In this document: in pieces, positions 9,529-18,506 of the stretch | How positions within the stretch are numbered: position 1 is the stretch's first letter | Layout: every line of letters starts with the position of its first letter | From: Bacteroidota bacterium | Lineage (GTDB): Bacteria > Bacteroidota > Bacteroidia > Bacteroidales > JAGONC01 | Direction of reading: 5' to 3' | NCBI GenBank assembly: GCA_022711405.1 | Contig: JAKLFC010000010.1 | Location: 70,349-134,348 of the forward strand | DNA length: 64,000 bases | Notes under the pieces: model-generated | Seen by the model: only the letters and a program-made list of their open reading frames with translations | Databases searched by the model: none | What the model was told of the DNA's origin: nothing | Program-made: the position numbers and the translations under genes

Positions 9529-9542
9529 GGTGTTTCTTCAGT

Positions 9543-9917
9543 TTAATGTCCGCATTTACCATGTTCGTGAGGATGATCATGGTCGCAATAATTGGCACTT
9601 AGGCTCAATTTATTGGCAAGAAAATCATTGACAAGATCCACAGCTGGTTTTATGGGCGCACCCACGAAAGCATTGATCTGATGTTGATTGAAAAGCATGA
9701 TCGCCTGTTGCCCCATGCCTCCGGCGATGACATCAGTAACACCGAACTGAGCAATCCAGCGTGGATACAAACCCGGTATATGTTCCGGGGGTGTGACCTC
9801 CCTAACCTCGGTAATTTTGTTATTTTCAACATTTACGATGGCAAATGCCTGGCAGTGCCCGAAATGGGGGCATAATACCCCGTTTTCCAATGGAATGGCT
9901 ATTCTTTTGTTCAACAT
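9543..9917 (-). CDS. NifB/NifX-family (dinitrogenase FeMo-cofactor-binding-like) protein
   Basis: 124 aa with a HFGHC start region and a GMG...L motif, plus a His/Cys-rich tail (CDHDHPHEHGKCGH). Confidence 0.75.
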   Translation of the reverse strand: MLNKRIAIPLENGVLCPHFGHCQAFAIVNVENNKITEVREVTPPEHIPGLYPRWIAQFGVTDVIAGGMGQQAIMLFNQHQINAFVGAPIKPAVDLVNDFLANKLSLSANYCDHDHPHEHGKCGH

Positions 9918-9931
9918 AATTTCATCATGTG

Positions 9932-10165
9932 TTAATTTCCTCCCCTGAAGCGATTTTGTCTTCCCATACCACTTCCCTTTCCTACTCTGCCGCGACCCCG
10001 TCCCAAACCTTTTCCGGCAGGGTTTTCAGGAAGATTTTCATCCTTGTTTTCATCATCGGATGACACTGACTTTTTCCGGCCCTTACCATAATTGGTACAA
10101 CGGCCCATTTTACGGCCTGACATGGGACCCTGCCCTTCGGGACCTGTACGATCAAAACCTGGCAT
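9932..10165 (-). CDS. DUF5320-type small Gly/Arg-rich protein
   Basis: 77 aa. The N-terminus MPGFDRTGPEGQGPMSGRKMGRC matches the DUF5320 signature as I recall it. The tail is low-complexity and basic. Confidence 0.65.
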   Translation of the reverse strand: MPGFDRTGPEGQGPMSGRKMGRCTNYGKGRKKSVSSDDENKDENLPENPAGKGLGRGRGRVGKGSGMGRQNRFRGGN

Positions 10166-10178
10166 AAGTACCTCCTTT

Positions 10179-10496
10179 TTAATGATTTAACATTTCTATG
10201 ATTTCATGGATTGTTTTATTCGGATTTTTTACAACAATCATTTGTATATTCAGGCTATCCAGCAATGGTTTGATTTTCATTCCAAATTCGCCCGAAATGA
10301 TCTTGCTTATATTACGGGAAGCAACCAATTGAACGGACGCCGGTCCTGCTCCTTCCTCCACTTCCCTGTTGGGATTGGGAATATACTCCATGGCCCTGCT
10401 CTCCGTATCGTATACAACAAAGTAGGCACAACGGCCGAACCGTTGATCAATCAGTGATTCAAGGGAATTCCCCTGGGATGTGATGGCAATTTTCAT
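10179..10496 (-). CDS. NifB/NifX-family cluster-binding-like protein (paralogue)
   Basis: 105 aa with MKIAITS...RFGRCAYFVVYD, typical of the NifX-like family. Confidence 0.75.
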   Translation of the reverse strand: MKIAITSQGNSLESLIDQRFGRCAYFVVYDTESRAMEYIPNPNREVEEGAGPASVQLVASRNISKIISGEFGMKIKPLLDSLNIQMIVVKNPNKTIHEIIEMLNH

Positions 10497-10516
10497 CTTG
10501 ATTAGGTATTTAATGG

Positions 10517-10975
10517 TTACATTTCGATGTTCTTTTGCGTATCATTCCAATTAAAACCTTCAACCTGCCGGCTGCCGCACAGGGGACAACGTTCCACTTT
10601 TATCATTCGTTCTGGATTATTGAAATGACACAGGCACTGCTTGCACTGATACCAGTCGCTGTCGAAATATACTTTTCCACCCTCGATGGTGATCTGTCGT
10701 CCTTCGACAAAAGCCCTGGCAATTTTTTCACGTGCCGATGCATAGATCCGTGTATAGGTCGGGCGTGAAATACCCATGACGATGGATGCATGATGATGAT
10801 TATACCCATCATAGTCACATAGTCGTAACGCTTCGTATTCCTCATATAACAGGTAAACTGGCTCAACTTTCTGGTTTTTCAAATCGGAACCGTATGGCTT
10901 GAAACCCTTGATTAGTGGAGGATTTACCACCTTTCTAATTCTTTTTAGCCGTGGTGTCATCGTTATAATGAGCAA
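10517..10975 (-). CDS. DUF134 (UPF0251) putative DNA-binding protein with C-terminal Cys motifs
   Basis: 152 aa. The likely start is MTPRLKRIRKV. It has a ...FKPYG signature, an HTH-like centre, and C-terminal CKQCLC...CPLCG motifs. Confidence 0.75.
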   Translation of the reverse strand: MLIITMTPRLKRIRKVVNPPLIKGFKPYGSDLKNQKVEPVYLLYEEYEALRLCDYDGYNHHHASIVMGISRPTYTRIYASAREKIARAFVEGRQITIEGGKVYFDSDWYQCKQCLCHFNNPERMIKVERCPLCGSRQVEGFNWNDTQKNIEM

Positions 10976-11172
10976 TAGTTCGATACAAAAATAATAAACA
11001 TTTGTTCATTATAATTAATTTTGCATCATAAAATTTTATTTATTTACATAAAGATTGCCGGGATTGAATACTAATAGGAGTACAGGTATTTGAGTTGATA
11101 AAACAAGCTTATGGAAAAAGTTAAGTAATTTTATCCCCTGAAAGATCATAAACACAAAACTGGTTCTATTCT

Positions 11173-11784
11173 GTGGATGAATCTTCCTCTCAAGAGCAAA
11201 CTACGATCCTTCGCCTGAAGAATATGACGTGCAGTTGCTGTGTCCGTATCGTCAGGCAAGAACTGGAAAAGATTGGGGTAAAGGTGAATTCGGTCAGCCT
11301 CGGCGAGGCCGATATCACCTACGATATTTCTGATCCGGGATTTGATATGATACGGAAGGTACTGGCGGAAAACGGATTTGAGCTTGCCCAGAACAGGGAA
11401 GAAGCCATTGTAGAACAAATCAAAATTGCAGTGATCGAGTTGATCCACCTGTCGAACAACAGCAACTCCATCATCCGGAACTCGGATTACCTGGTGGATA
11501 AGATCCAGCTTTCGTATCAGTACCTTTCCAATCTGTTTTCCCAGCACGAAAAAATGACGCTGGAGAAGTTCATCATCCTGCATAAGATTGAAAAGGTGAA
11601 GGAGCTGATTTCCTATGATGAGCTTACCTTAAGTGAAATTGCTTTCCAGATGGGTTACAGCAGCGTGCAGTACCTTTCGACGCAGTTCAGGAGCGTTACG
11701 GGCTTGTCGGTCACGGAATATAAAAAGGATCCGGTAAAGAACCGGATCCCGCTGGATGATCTGCTGACAAAGGATGAAGAGTAA
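11173..11784 (+). CDS. AraC-family transcription regulator with N-terminal heavy-metal-associated (HMA) domain
   Basis: 203 aa. LRLKNMTCSCCVRIVRQELEKIG is an HMA-type metal-binding loop. The C-terminus (LSEIAFQMGYSSVQYLSTQFRSVTGLSVTEY) is an AraC HTH. Confidence 0.8.
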   Translation: MDESSSQEQTTILRLKNMTCSCCVRIVRQELEKIGVKVNSVSLGEADITYDISDPGFDMIRKVLAENGFELAQNREEAIVEQIKIAVIELIHLSNNSNSIIRNSDYLVDKIQLSYQYLSNLFSQHEKMTLEKFIILHKIEKVKELISYDELTLSEIAFQMGYSSVQYLSTQFRSVTGLSVTEYKKDPVKNRIPLDDLLTKDEE

Positions 11785-11793
11785 CTCGGGTTT

Positions 11794-12576
11794 TTACAGC
11801 GTGGACAGGCACCCGCATCCTCCAAAGCCGGATTCATGTTCTGAGTTGATGATCTCGTCGAAATATTCCTGGCTGATGTACTGAGGAGTATAATCGGCAC
11901 CGCGGAAGACCAGGTTTCTGTAAAACGCACGCAGGTGATTCCTTGAGCCACGCTCCAGGTTTTCAAACACCCAGGTAATGTCCTGGTTGTCCACCACGTT
12001 TTGAAGTAAATTCTGCAAATCAAAAATGTCCATATCCTCTATGGTGGCACCTGCTGTCAGCCCGTCGATAAGGGAATTATCTGCAAGATCAGTGAGTTCA
12101 TTGTACGCTGTCTGTAACTCCTGGTTGATGAACACACCGGGTTGATGATTTTCACCGGGATCCGTCAATTCGTACTTGTCAAGGAGATATTTGACCATGG
12201 TGGTATGCTGCGTTTCACTCTTTGAGATATTATTGAAGATGGGAATCGGATAGAGTGCATATGCAAACACATATACATCCTTTGCCAGCAATTCCTCTTC
12301 ACGCATATGAAGCAATGCCTCTACTTCTTCTGCACTTAACTCCTCGAAGGGAAATGTATCAATACAATTCATTACAGATCCCATCGGGCTCTGTTCAAAA
12401 TTCCCTGTCAGGAGTATGGTTTCCTTTAATTCAGAACTCACAGCATCAGGTGTGCCCACATCAGGTGTCTTACTGCAACCCGGGATCGCCAGGCTTACGA
12501 TGATCAATGCCGGCATTACAAGAATGGAAAAAATTTTTTTCGTTTTCATGACATTTTTTTTAAAGTGATTATTCAA
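11794..12576 (-). CDS. Ferritin-like (DUF2202-type) lipoprotein with Cys-rich C-terminus
   Basis: 260 aa with a lipobox (AIPGCSK) and a duplicated ferritin-like helix pattern (EEELLAKDVY...; ...LERGSRNHLRAF). The tail is GFGGCGCLSTL. Confidence 0.65.
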   Translation of the reverse strand: MNNHFKKNVMKTKKIFSILVMPALIIVSLAIPGCSKTPDVGTPDAVSSELKETILLTGNFEQSPMGSVMNCIDTFPFEELSAEEVEALLHMREEELLAKDVYVFAYALYPIPIFNNISKSETQHTTMVKYLLDKYELTDPGENHQPGVFINQELQTAYNELTDLADNSLIDGLTAGATIEDMDIFDLQNLLQNVVDNQDITWVFENLERGSRNHLRAFYRNLVFRGADYTPQYISQEYFDEIINSEHESGFGGCGCLSTL

Positions 12577-12772
12577 AATTTAACCGTACAAAATTGGCTC
12601 GTGAATTTTAAGGAGTTGTTACAGAATCTATGAAAAGTATTATGACATTTCTGTCCGTTAAAACTGTTATAAGTGGCAGAATTCCAAAATATTAAAATAC
12701 TATAACATAATTATAGGATTATATACACCGGGCTTAGCTAACCCATCGTTATTTTGTAGAAAAAATGAATCA

Positions 12773-13564
12773 ATGAAAAAATTCATTATCATTTTATGGG
12801 CATCCCTGCTTGTTCATCAGGGTGTCTCTCAGGTAAACCTGGAAACGATATATCAGGTTTCAGGAGCGTTGACACAGCTCGAAAAATCAGGGTTCAAATA
12901 CTATGTGATGGATTGGACCAACGTTCAGTGCCGTTTATACAATATGGATCATTCGCTATGGAAGGCGGTCACTCTCACCGTTCCCACCGGCTATTACCTG
13001 TACGATATCCGTTATGTCTCGGAACATCTTTTCAATACGGATGATCTGGTGGAAATGGCCGTTACTTATTTCTATTATGAAGAAGCAGGCCAATACTATA
13101 TCTACGGCAGCAAGATCGTCAATGAACTGGGAGAAGAACTGGTGGTCATCCCAGGAGCTTCTTATTTTCAGGTATATGATGCCGGTGACTATGGCCGGAA
13201 GTTTCTTGCCTATGTCTACGATTATTCGGTTTATCCATATCCGGTTCAGACATGGGTGTACGACCTGCCTGGAGGAGAAAATTCAAACAGCGTCATGAAT
13301 CCGCCAGCTTCCATGGGATTGCCGGCTCCCTATCCTAATCCGGCCAGCTCATTCGTCGTGATAAACGTTGAATTGCCAGACAATCCGACCAATGCTGAAA
13401 TTCAGGTCATGGACCTTCAGGGAAGGATGATTAAAAGCTATCCCATCACCGTTGGGAGTAAAACCTATCAGCTGAATATCAGTATGTATCCAAAAGGCGT
13501 ATATTTGTACCGGATCGTTGCAAATCATTATTGTTCTGAAAGTTTCAAACTGATCAGACAATAA
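12773..13564 (+). CDS. Secreted protein with T9SS C-terminal sorting domain
   Basis: 263 aa with a signal peptide. The C-terminus YPNPASSFVVINV...GVYLYRIV fits the type A Por/T9SS sorting domain. Confidence 0.7.
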   Translation: MKKFIIILWASLLVHQGVSQVNLETIYQVSGALTQLEKSGFKYYVMDWTNVQCRLYNMDHSLWKAVTLTVPTGYYLYDIRYVSEHLFNTDDLVEMAVTYFYYEEAGQYYIYGSKIVNELGEELVVIPGASYFQVYDAGDYGRKFLAYVYDYSVYPYPVQTWVYDLPGGENSNSVMNPPASMGLPAPYPNPASSFVVINVELPDNPTNAEIQVMDLQGRMIKSYPITVGSKTYQLNISMYPKGVYLYRIVANHYCSESFKLIRQ

Positions 13565-13610
13565 TGGGGAAAGCGTTGCAGAAGCCAAACCACATCAATT
13601 CAACAGGAAT

Positions 13611-13859
13611 ATGAAATTAAAGGAAAACATCGCCATCAGTGATTCAGGATACCTCTTCAATCCTTCCACAGGTGAGTCTTTCGTTCTCAATCCCCTGGGT
13701 ATGGAAGTTTTACAGTTCGTGAAAAAGGGAAAATCCTTCGAAGAAATATCAAAGGAGGTCCTGACCCGGTACAGTGTGGATTCCATTACCTTCGAGAAAG
13801 ACTACCAGGATTTCATACACCAGCTCAGGCAGTATCTGTTAATCGGCAGCGATGAATAA
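13611..13859 (+). CDS. PqqD-family small protein (RRE-like peptide/adaptor-binding fold)
   Basis: 82 aa. The pattern ...GYLFNPSTGESFVLNPLGMEVLQFVKKGKSFEEISKEVLTRY... is the typical PqqD-like layout (beta-strands followed by a winged-helix). The stop overlaps the ATP-grasp start. Confidence 0.65.
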   Translation: MKLKENIAISDSGYLFNPSTGESFVLNPLGMEVLQFVKKGKSFEEISKEVLTRYSVDSITFEKDYQDFIHQLRQYLLIGSDE

Positions 13860-14898
13860 GAAAAGGGTAACGGTGGGCATCTCAGGGCTGAACGCCATCG
13901 ACAGCCCCGGGCCCGGGATGGCGGTAGCCATGGGCCTTCACGAAGCCAGATCATTGGATGTAAGGATCATTGGCCTTGCGTATGAATCGCTGGAGCCGAT
14001 GATCTACATGCACGACCTGGTCGACAGGACCTACCAGCTGCCGTATCCATCCTCCGGAAGCGATATGATCCTCTCAAGGCTTGAATACATTCAGGAGATG
14101 GAACACATCGATGTGATCATCCCCAATTTTGATGCGGAACTGTATTCTTTCATGAAGATCGAGCCCCAGCTGAAGAGAATGGGCATCCGCATGTTCCTGC
14201 CTGCTATGGAACAGTACGAGGAGCGGCATAAAGTGAATCTGTCCAAATTCGGTGAAAAATATGATATTCTTGTGCCCCATGGCAAGGCGGTCTTTGAACC
14301 CAAAGAGGTGTTCGATATCAAATCGGAGTTTACCTTTCCGCTGCTGGTAAAGGGTAAATGGTACGATGCCTATATTGCCTACAACATAGAGCAGGTGCTG
14401 ACCTGTTTCAATAAGATCAGTGCCAAATGGGGCCTGCCCGTGATCCTTCAGAAATTCGTACATGGCTCTGAGTACAATGTAACGGGACTTGGTGACGGCG
14501 CCGGTACCACGGTGGCTGCCGTGGCCATGCGCAAGCAATACATCACGGATAAGGGAAAAGCGTGGGCGGGGATCTCCATCGACGATACGTACCTTCTTGA
14601 ACTCACCCGCAAGTTTGTTACTGCAACGAAATGGCGCGGTGCCTTTGAACTGGAGATGATCAAGACCCAGGATAATAAATATTACCTGCTGGAGATCAAT
14701 CCTCGTATACCGGCATGGACATACCTTGCCGTGGGAGTCGGGCAAAACATCCCGGAAGCCCTGGTGAGGCTCGCCCTGGGGTTGAAAGTCCAGCCTTACG
14801 AATCCTATGATGTGGGAAAACTCTTCATCCGGTACTCCAAAGACATGATCGTCGACCGGGAGGAGTTTGAAAAACTCTCGATGACCGGTGAATTGTGA
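13852..14898 (+). CDS. ATP-grasp carboxylate-amine ligase
   Basis: 348 aa with the LLVKGK, ILQKFV.G.EY and ELEMI...YLLEINPR motif order of ATP-grasp enzymes. Confidence 0.8.
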   Translation: MNKKRVTVGISGLNAIDSPGPGMAVAMGLHEARSLDVRIIGLAYESLEPMIYMHDLVDRTYQLPYPSSGSDMILSRLEYIQEMEHIDVIIPNFDAELYSFMKIEPQLKRMGIRMFLPAMEQYEERHKVNLSKFGEKYDILVPHGKAVFEPKEVFDIKSEFTFPLLVKGKWYDAYIAYNIEQVLTCFNKISAKWGLPVILQKFVHGSEYNVTGLGDGAGTTVAAVAMRKQYITDKGKAWAGISIDDTYLLELTRKFVTATKWRGAFELEMIKTQDNKYYLLEINPRIPAWTYLAVGVGQNIPEALVRLALGLKVQPYESYDVGKLFIRYSKDMIVDREEFEKLSMTGEL

Positions 14899-14955
14899 TC
14901 CCACTCAACGTAACTTCAGAAAACAAAAGATAACTATACTGATAAAACTTTCAGC

Positions 14956-16302
14956 ATGGAAAAACAACGATATGAACGACCGATCCTGAAAAAACTGGAA
15001 ATGGGCATGCCCGGTAAATTCGGCGTAGCTGCCAACCTGCCTCCCACTACCCATATTGACGGGATCTCCGTAGACTCGCTGGTGGAAACCTACGGCTCAC
15101 CCGTGTTCATCCTGTCCGAGAAAACCATTCGTTCGGTTTTCAAAAGAGCAAAAAAAGCATTTACAACCCGCTATCCCAAGGTCCAGTTTGCATGGTCCTA
15201 TAAGACCAATTACCTGAATGCAGTGTGCAGGATCTATCATCAGGAGGGTTCCTGGGCTGAGGTCGTTTCAGGATTTGAATACGATAAAGCGATCGCCAAT
15301 GGAGTACAGGGACAGCACATCATTTTCAACGGCCCGGATAAATCGGCGATATACCTGGAAAAGGCCATCCGTAACGATTCCATCCTTCATATTGACCACC
15401 TGGATGAACTGTACACGATCATTGAGCTTACCGAAAAACTGGCGAAAAAGCCGAAAGTGGCCATCCGGGTGAACATGGATACTGGCATACAACCCATGTG
15501 GGACCGCTTTGGATTCAATTATGAAAACGGCCAGGCCTGGGACGCCCTCAACAAGATCATGCATTCAGGAAAACTGGATCTGGTGGGGCTTCACACCCAT
15601 ATCGGGACGTTCATCATGAGCCCGCAGGCCTATGGAGTCGCTGCCCAGAAACTTGCCGATCTTGCCATCGGGATCCGGCAGAAGTACAACCATACGATCA
15701 AATACATCGACATGGGAGGCGGCTTTGCTTCAGCCAATACCCTCAAGGGATTCTATTATCCGGGCAGCGACACCAATCCCACGTTTGATGACTATGCGGA
15801 GGCCATCACATCGGCATTGCTGAACACACAGTTCACACCGGATAATCTTCCCCTGCTGATCCTGGAGACCGGCAGGGCCCTTATCGATGAGGCCGGCTAT
15901 CTTCTTGGAACCGTCATCGCCAATAAAAGACTCTCTACCGGTAAACGGACCACGATTGTCGACATTGGCATCAACCTCCTTTTCACTTCTTTCTGGTACG
16001 AACATAAACTCACCCCCGCACGGCATTATTCACAGTACACGGAAGCAACTACGGTATATGGTCCCCTGTGCATGAATATCGACGTTATCAGGGAAAATGT
16101 CAACCTGCCGTTGCTGAACAAAGGCGACCATTTTGTCATCCATCACGTGGGGGCATACAATATGACCCAGTGGATGCAGTTTATCACCCTGCGGCCCAAG
16201 ATCGTCCTGATCGATCAGGACGGTACTGCCCACGTGATCCGCGAAAATGAAACCATGGACAATGTGATGAACATGGAACACCTTCCCGCCCATCTGAAAT
16301 GA
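14956..16302 (+). CDS. PLP-dependent decarboxylase, Orn/DAP/Arg decarboxylase (alanine-racemase fold) family
   Basis: 448 aa with FAWSYKTN (PLP lysine), HTHIGT, MGGGF and a C-terminal beta-barrel with GAYN. Confidence 0.85.
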   Translation: MEKQRYERPILKKLEMGMPGKFGVAANLPPTTHIDGISVDSLVETYGSPVFILSEKTIRSVFKRAKKAFTTRYPKVQFAWSYKTNYLNAVCRIYHQEGSWAEVVSGFEYDKAIANGVQGQHIIFNGPDKSAIYLEKAIRNDSILHIDHLDELYTIIELTEKLAKKPKVAIRVNMDTGIQPMWDRFGFNYENGQAWDALNKIMHSGKLDLVGLHTHIGTFIMSPQAYGVAAQKLADLAIGIRQKYNHTIKYIDMGGGFASANTLKGFYYPGSDTNPTFDDYAEAITSALLNTQFTPDNLPLLILETGRALIDEAGYLLGTVIANKRLSTGKRTTIVDIGINLLFTSFWYEHKLTPARHYSQYTEATTVYGPLCMNIDVIRENVNLPLLNKGDHFVIHHVGAYNMTQWMQFITLRPKIVLIDQDGTAHVIRENETMDNVMNMEHLPAHLK

Positions 16303-18506
16303 CCCGGATCATGAGCCGTATCAAAGCCCTTTTCACCAGCTTTATACGAGGCATACTCAATAGCTATGCACAGGTCTTCTTTTCTAACCACAGCCTGTTT
16401 GCCGTTTTTCTCATCCTTGTCTCTTTTTTTGATATCTATGCGGGTATTACCGGCCTGATGTCAGTGATCATATCCAATACCGCTGCTTACCTGATCGGCT
16501 TCAACCGGACTTTCATCAGAAGGGGATACTACGGATTCAATAGTCTTTTAGTTGGCCTGGGTCTGGGTATCTTCTATCAGCCCTCGGTCGAACTCTGGCT
16601 GCTTGTTTTCTTTACAAGCCTGCTGACACTTCTGCTCTCTGTCATGCTGGAGGGAGTCATAGGGAAATATTACCTGCCGTATCTCAGTGTCCCGTTCCTG
16701 CTGGGGATATGGATGGTCATGCTTGCTTCGCGCAGGTTTGAGGCACTCGACATAAGCGAACGCGGCATCTATATGTTCAATGACATGTATGCGCTGGGAG
16801 GCCTGAATCTGGTCAAAGTTTACGACTGGTTCACCCGGCTTGCACTGCCCGATTCGCTGGAGGTCTATTTCCGATCCCTGGGTGCCATCTTATTTCAATA
16901 TCATCTATTTGCAGGTATGCTGATCGCTCTCGGACTGATCATTTACTCGCGCATCGCTTTTGTGCTGTCGTTGGCCGGCTATTACCTGGCCTATATGTTC
17001 TTTCACCTGTTTGGAGGAGATTTCACCACCCTCAATTACTCTTATATCGGATTCAATTTTATTCTCACCTCCATCGCCGTCGGTGGATACTTCATTATCC
17101 CATCACGCTACTCTTACCTGTGGGTGGCCCTCCTCACCCCCCTGACCATTATTGTGATCATCAGTGCCGGAACCCTGTTCTCCATTTTTCAGCTTTCCAT
17201 TTATTCATTGCCCTTTAATGTCATCGTTCTCTTGTTCCTGTACATTCTGAGATTCCGGGAGAGAAACCTCGGATCTCCCCAGCTGGTGGTGGTGCAGCAT
17301 TTTTCCCCGGAGCGGAACCTCTATTCACACCTGAATTATTCCGGCCGGTTCAATCCTGCTTTACCCGTGAACCTATCACTGCCCGTTTTCGGAGAATGGA
17401 AGGTGACCCAGGGTCACCGGGGCGAGCATACCCATCAGCATGACTGGCAGCACGCCTGGGACCTCGAAATAGTGGATGAGGAAGGCCATGCATACAGCCG
17501 TTCAGGGAAAGAACCGGAGGATTTTTATGCCTATGGTAAACCCGTTGTCGCCCCTGCTGATGGCTGGGTGGAACAGATCCAGGATGGAATTGACGATAAC
17601 GCGGTCGGCGAGATCAACACGGTGCAGAATTGGGGAAATACGATCGTCATTCGACATACGGACTCCCTTTTTACAAAGCTCAGTCACCTCAGAAAGGGAT
17701 CGTTCAAGGTCAAAGAGGGAGAGCAGATAAAGAAGGGGGCACTGCTTGCCCAATGCGGAAATTCAGGGCGCTCACCGGTACCCCATGTTCATTTCCAGGT
17801 CCAGAATGAGCCGTACATCGGAGCTCCTACCCTGGAATATCCATTAAGCCATATTGTTCATCATGCGGAAGACAGGCAATGGCTGGTTGCCTGGGATGTC
17901 CCTGTCAAAAATGACCTTATCTCCAATATCGACCGTCATAAAGTGCTGGAAAATGCCTTTCATTTTGTTCCCGGCCAGTCGCTCCTGATGAATGTCAGCG
18001 AGCAGGGTTCCCCCATGCGTCAGGAAATGCTGGTGGTCAAAGTGGATTCTTTGAACAATCAGTATATTGAATGTGAAAGGTTTGGCGCCAGGGCTTTTTT
18101 CAGGAATGAGGACAATGTGTTCTATTTTACCGGATATTCCGGATCGAGACGGTCGGTGCTCTATTATTTTTTCCTCGCCCATTTTAAGGTGGTCAAAGGA
18201 TTCTACTGCAACATGTCCATAGAAGACCCAATCCCTGTCGATCTTTTTCATAACCGAGTCCTGTTGTTTTTCCAGGATCTGGTGGCACCTTTCTTTATTT
18301 TTATTAGTTCAATGTACACACTTTCATATACCCGCATACAGGATCAGCTGTCATCCCCTGTCATCACCCTGAATGCTGCATGCGAAGCAAGGACATTAAA
18401 ATCGTCATCCGGTCACATGGATTTCGAGACCCGGATCGATGAAAAGGGGATCAAGGAATTCAGGGTGATCAGAAAAAACCGCGTCATGGAGGTAACATGC
18501 ATCTGA
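16299..18506 (+). CDS. Fusion protein: urea-transporter-like polytopic membrane domain + M23 metallopeptidase domain + C-terminal domain of unknown function
   Basis: 735 aa. The first ~330 aa are about 10 hydrophobic helices with a urea-transporter-like N-terminus (ILNSYAQVFFS). The middle has M23 signatures (HTHQHDWQHAWD ... GNSGRSPVPHVHFQV). The start overlaps the decarboxylase stop (ATGA). Confidence 0.7.
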   Translation: MTRIMSRIKALFTSFIRGILNSYAQVFFSNHSLFAVFLILVSFFDIYAGITGLMSVIISNTAAYLIGFNRTFIRRGYYGFNSLLVGLGLGIFYQPSVELWLLVFFTSLLTLLLSVMLEGVIGKYYLPYLSVPFLLGIWMVMLASRRFEALDISERGIYMFNDMYALGGLNLVKVYDWFTRLALPDSLEVYFRSLGAILFQYHLFAGMLIALGLIIYSRIAFVLSLAGYYLAYMFFHLFGGDFTTLNYSYIGFNFILTSIAVGGYFIIPSRYSYLWVALLTPLTIIVIISAGTLFSIFQLSIYSLPFNVIVLLFLYILRFRERNLGSPQLVVVQHFSPERNLYSHLNYSGRFNPALPVNLSLPVFGEWKVTQGHRGEHTHQHDWQHAWDLEIVDEEGHAYSRSGKEPEDFYAYGKPVVAPADGWVEQIQDGIDDNAVGEINTVQNWGNTIVIRHTDSLFTKLSHLRKGSFKVKEGEQIKKGALLAQCGNSGRSPVPHVHFQVQNEPYIGAPTLEYPLSHIVHHAEDRQWLVAWDVPVKNDLISNIDRHKVLENAFHFVPGQSLLMNVSEQGSPMRQEMLVVKVDSLNNQYIECERFGARAFFRNEDNVFYFTGYSGSRRSVLYYFFLAHFKVVKGFYCNMSIEDPIPVDLFHNRVLLFFQDLVAPFFIFISSMYTLSYTRIQDQLSSPVITLNAACEARTLKSSSGHMDFETRIDEKGIKEFRVIRKNRVMEVTCI

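Noticed and set aside
12633-12698. 21-codon ORF (MKSIMTFLSVKTVISGRIPKY) upstream of the T9SS/PqqD region as a possible RiPP precursor
   Set aside because: It is too short and hydrophobic, with no leader/core features. It is separated from the PqqD-like gene by a full-length secreted-protein gene. Nothing supports it beyond the presence of start and stop codons.
14074-14904. 276-aa minus-strand ORF antisense to the ATP-grasp gene
   Set aside because: It is a shadow ORF on the opposite strand of a gene with clear ATP-grasp motifs. It has no recognisable motifs and an arginine/histidine-rich composition typical of antisense translation.
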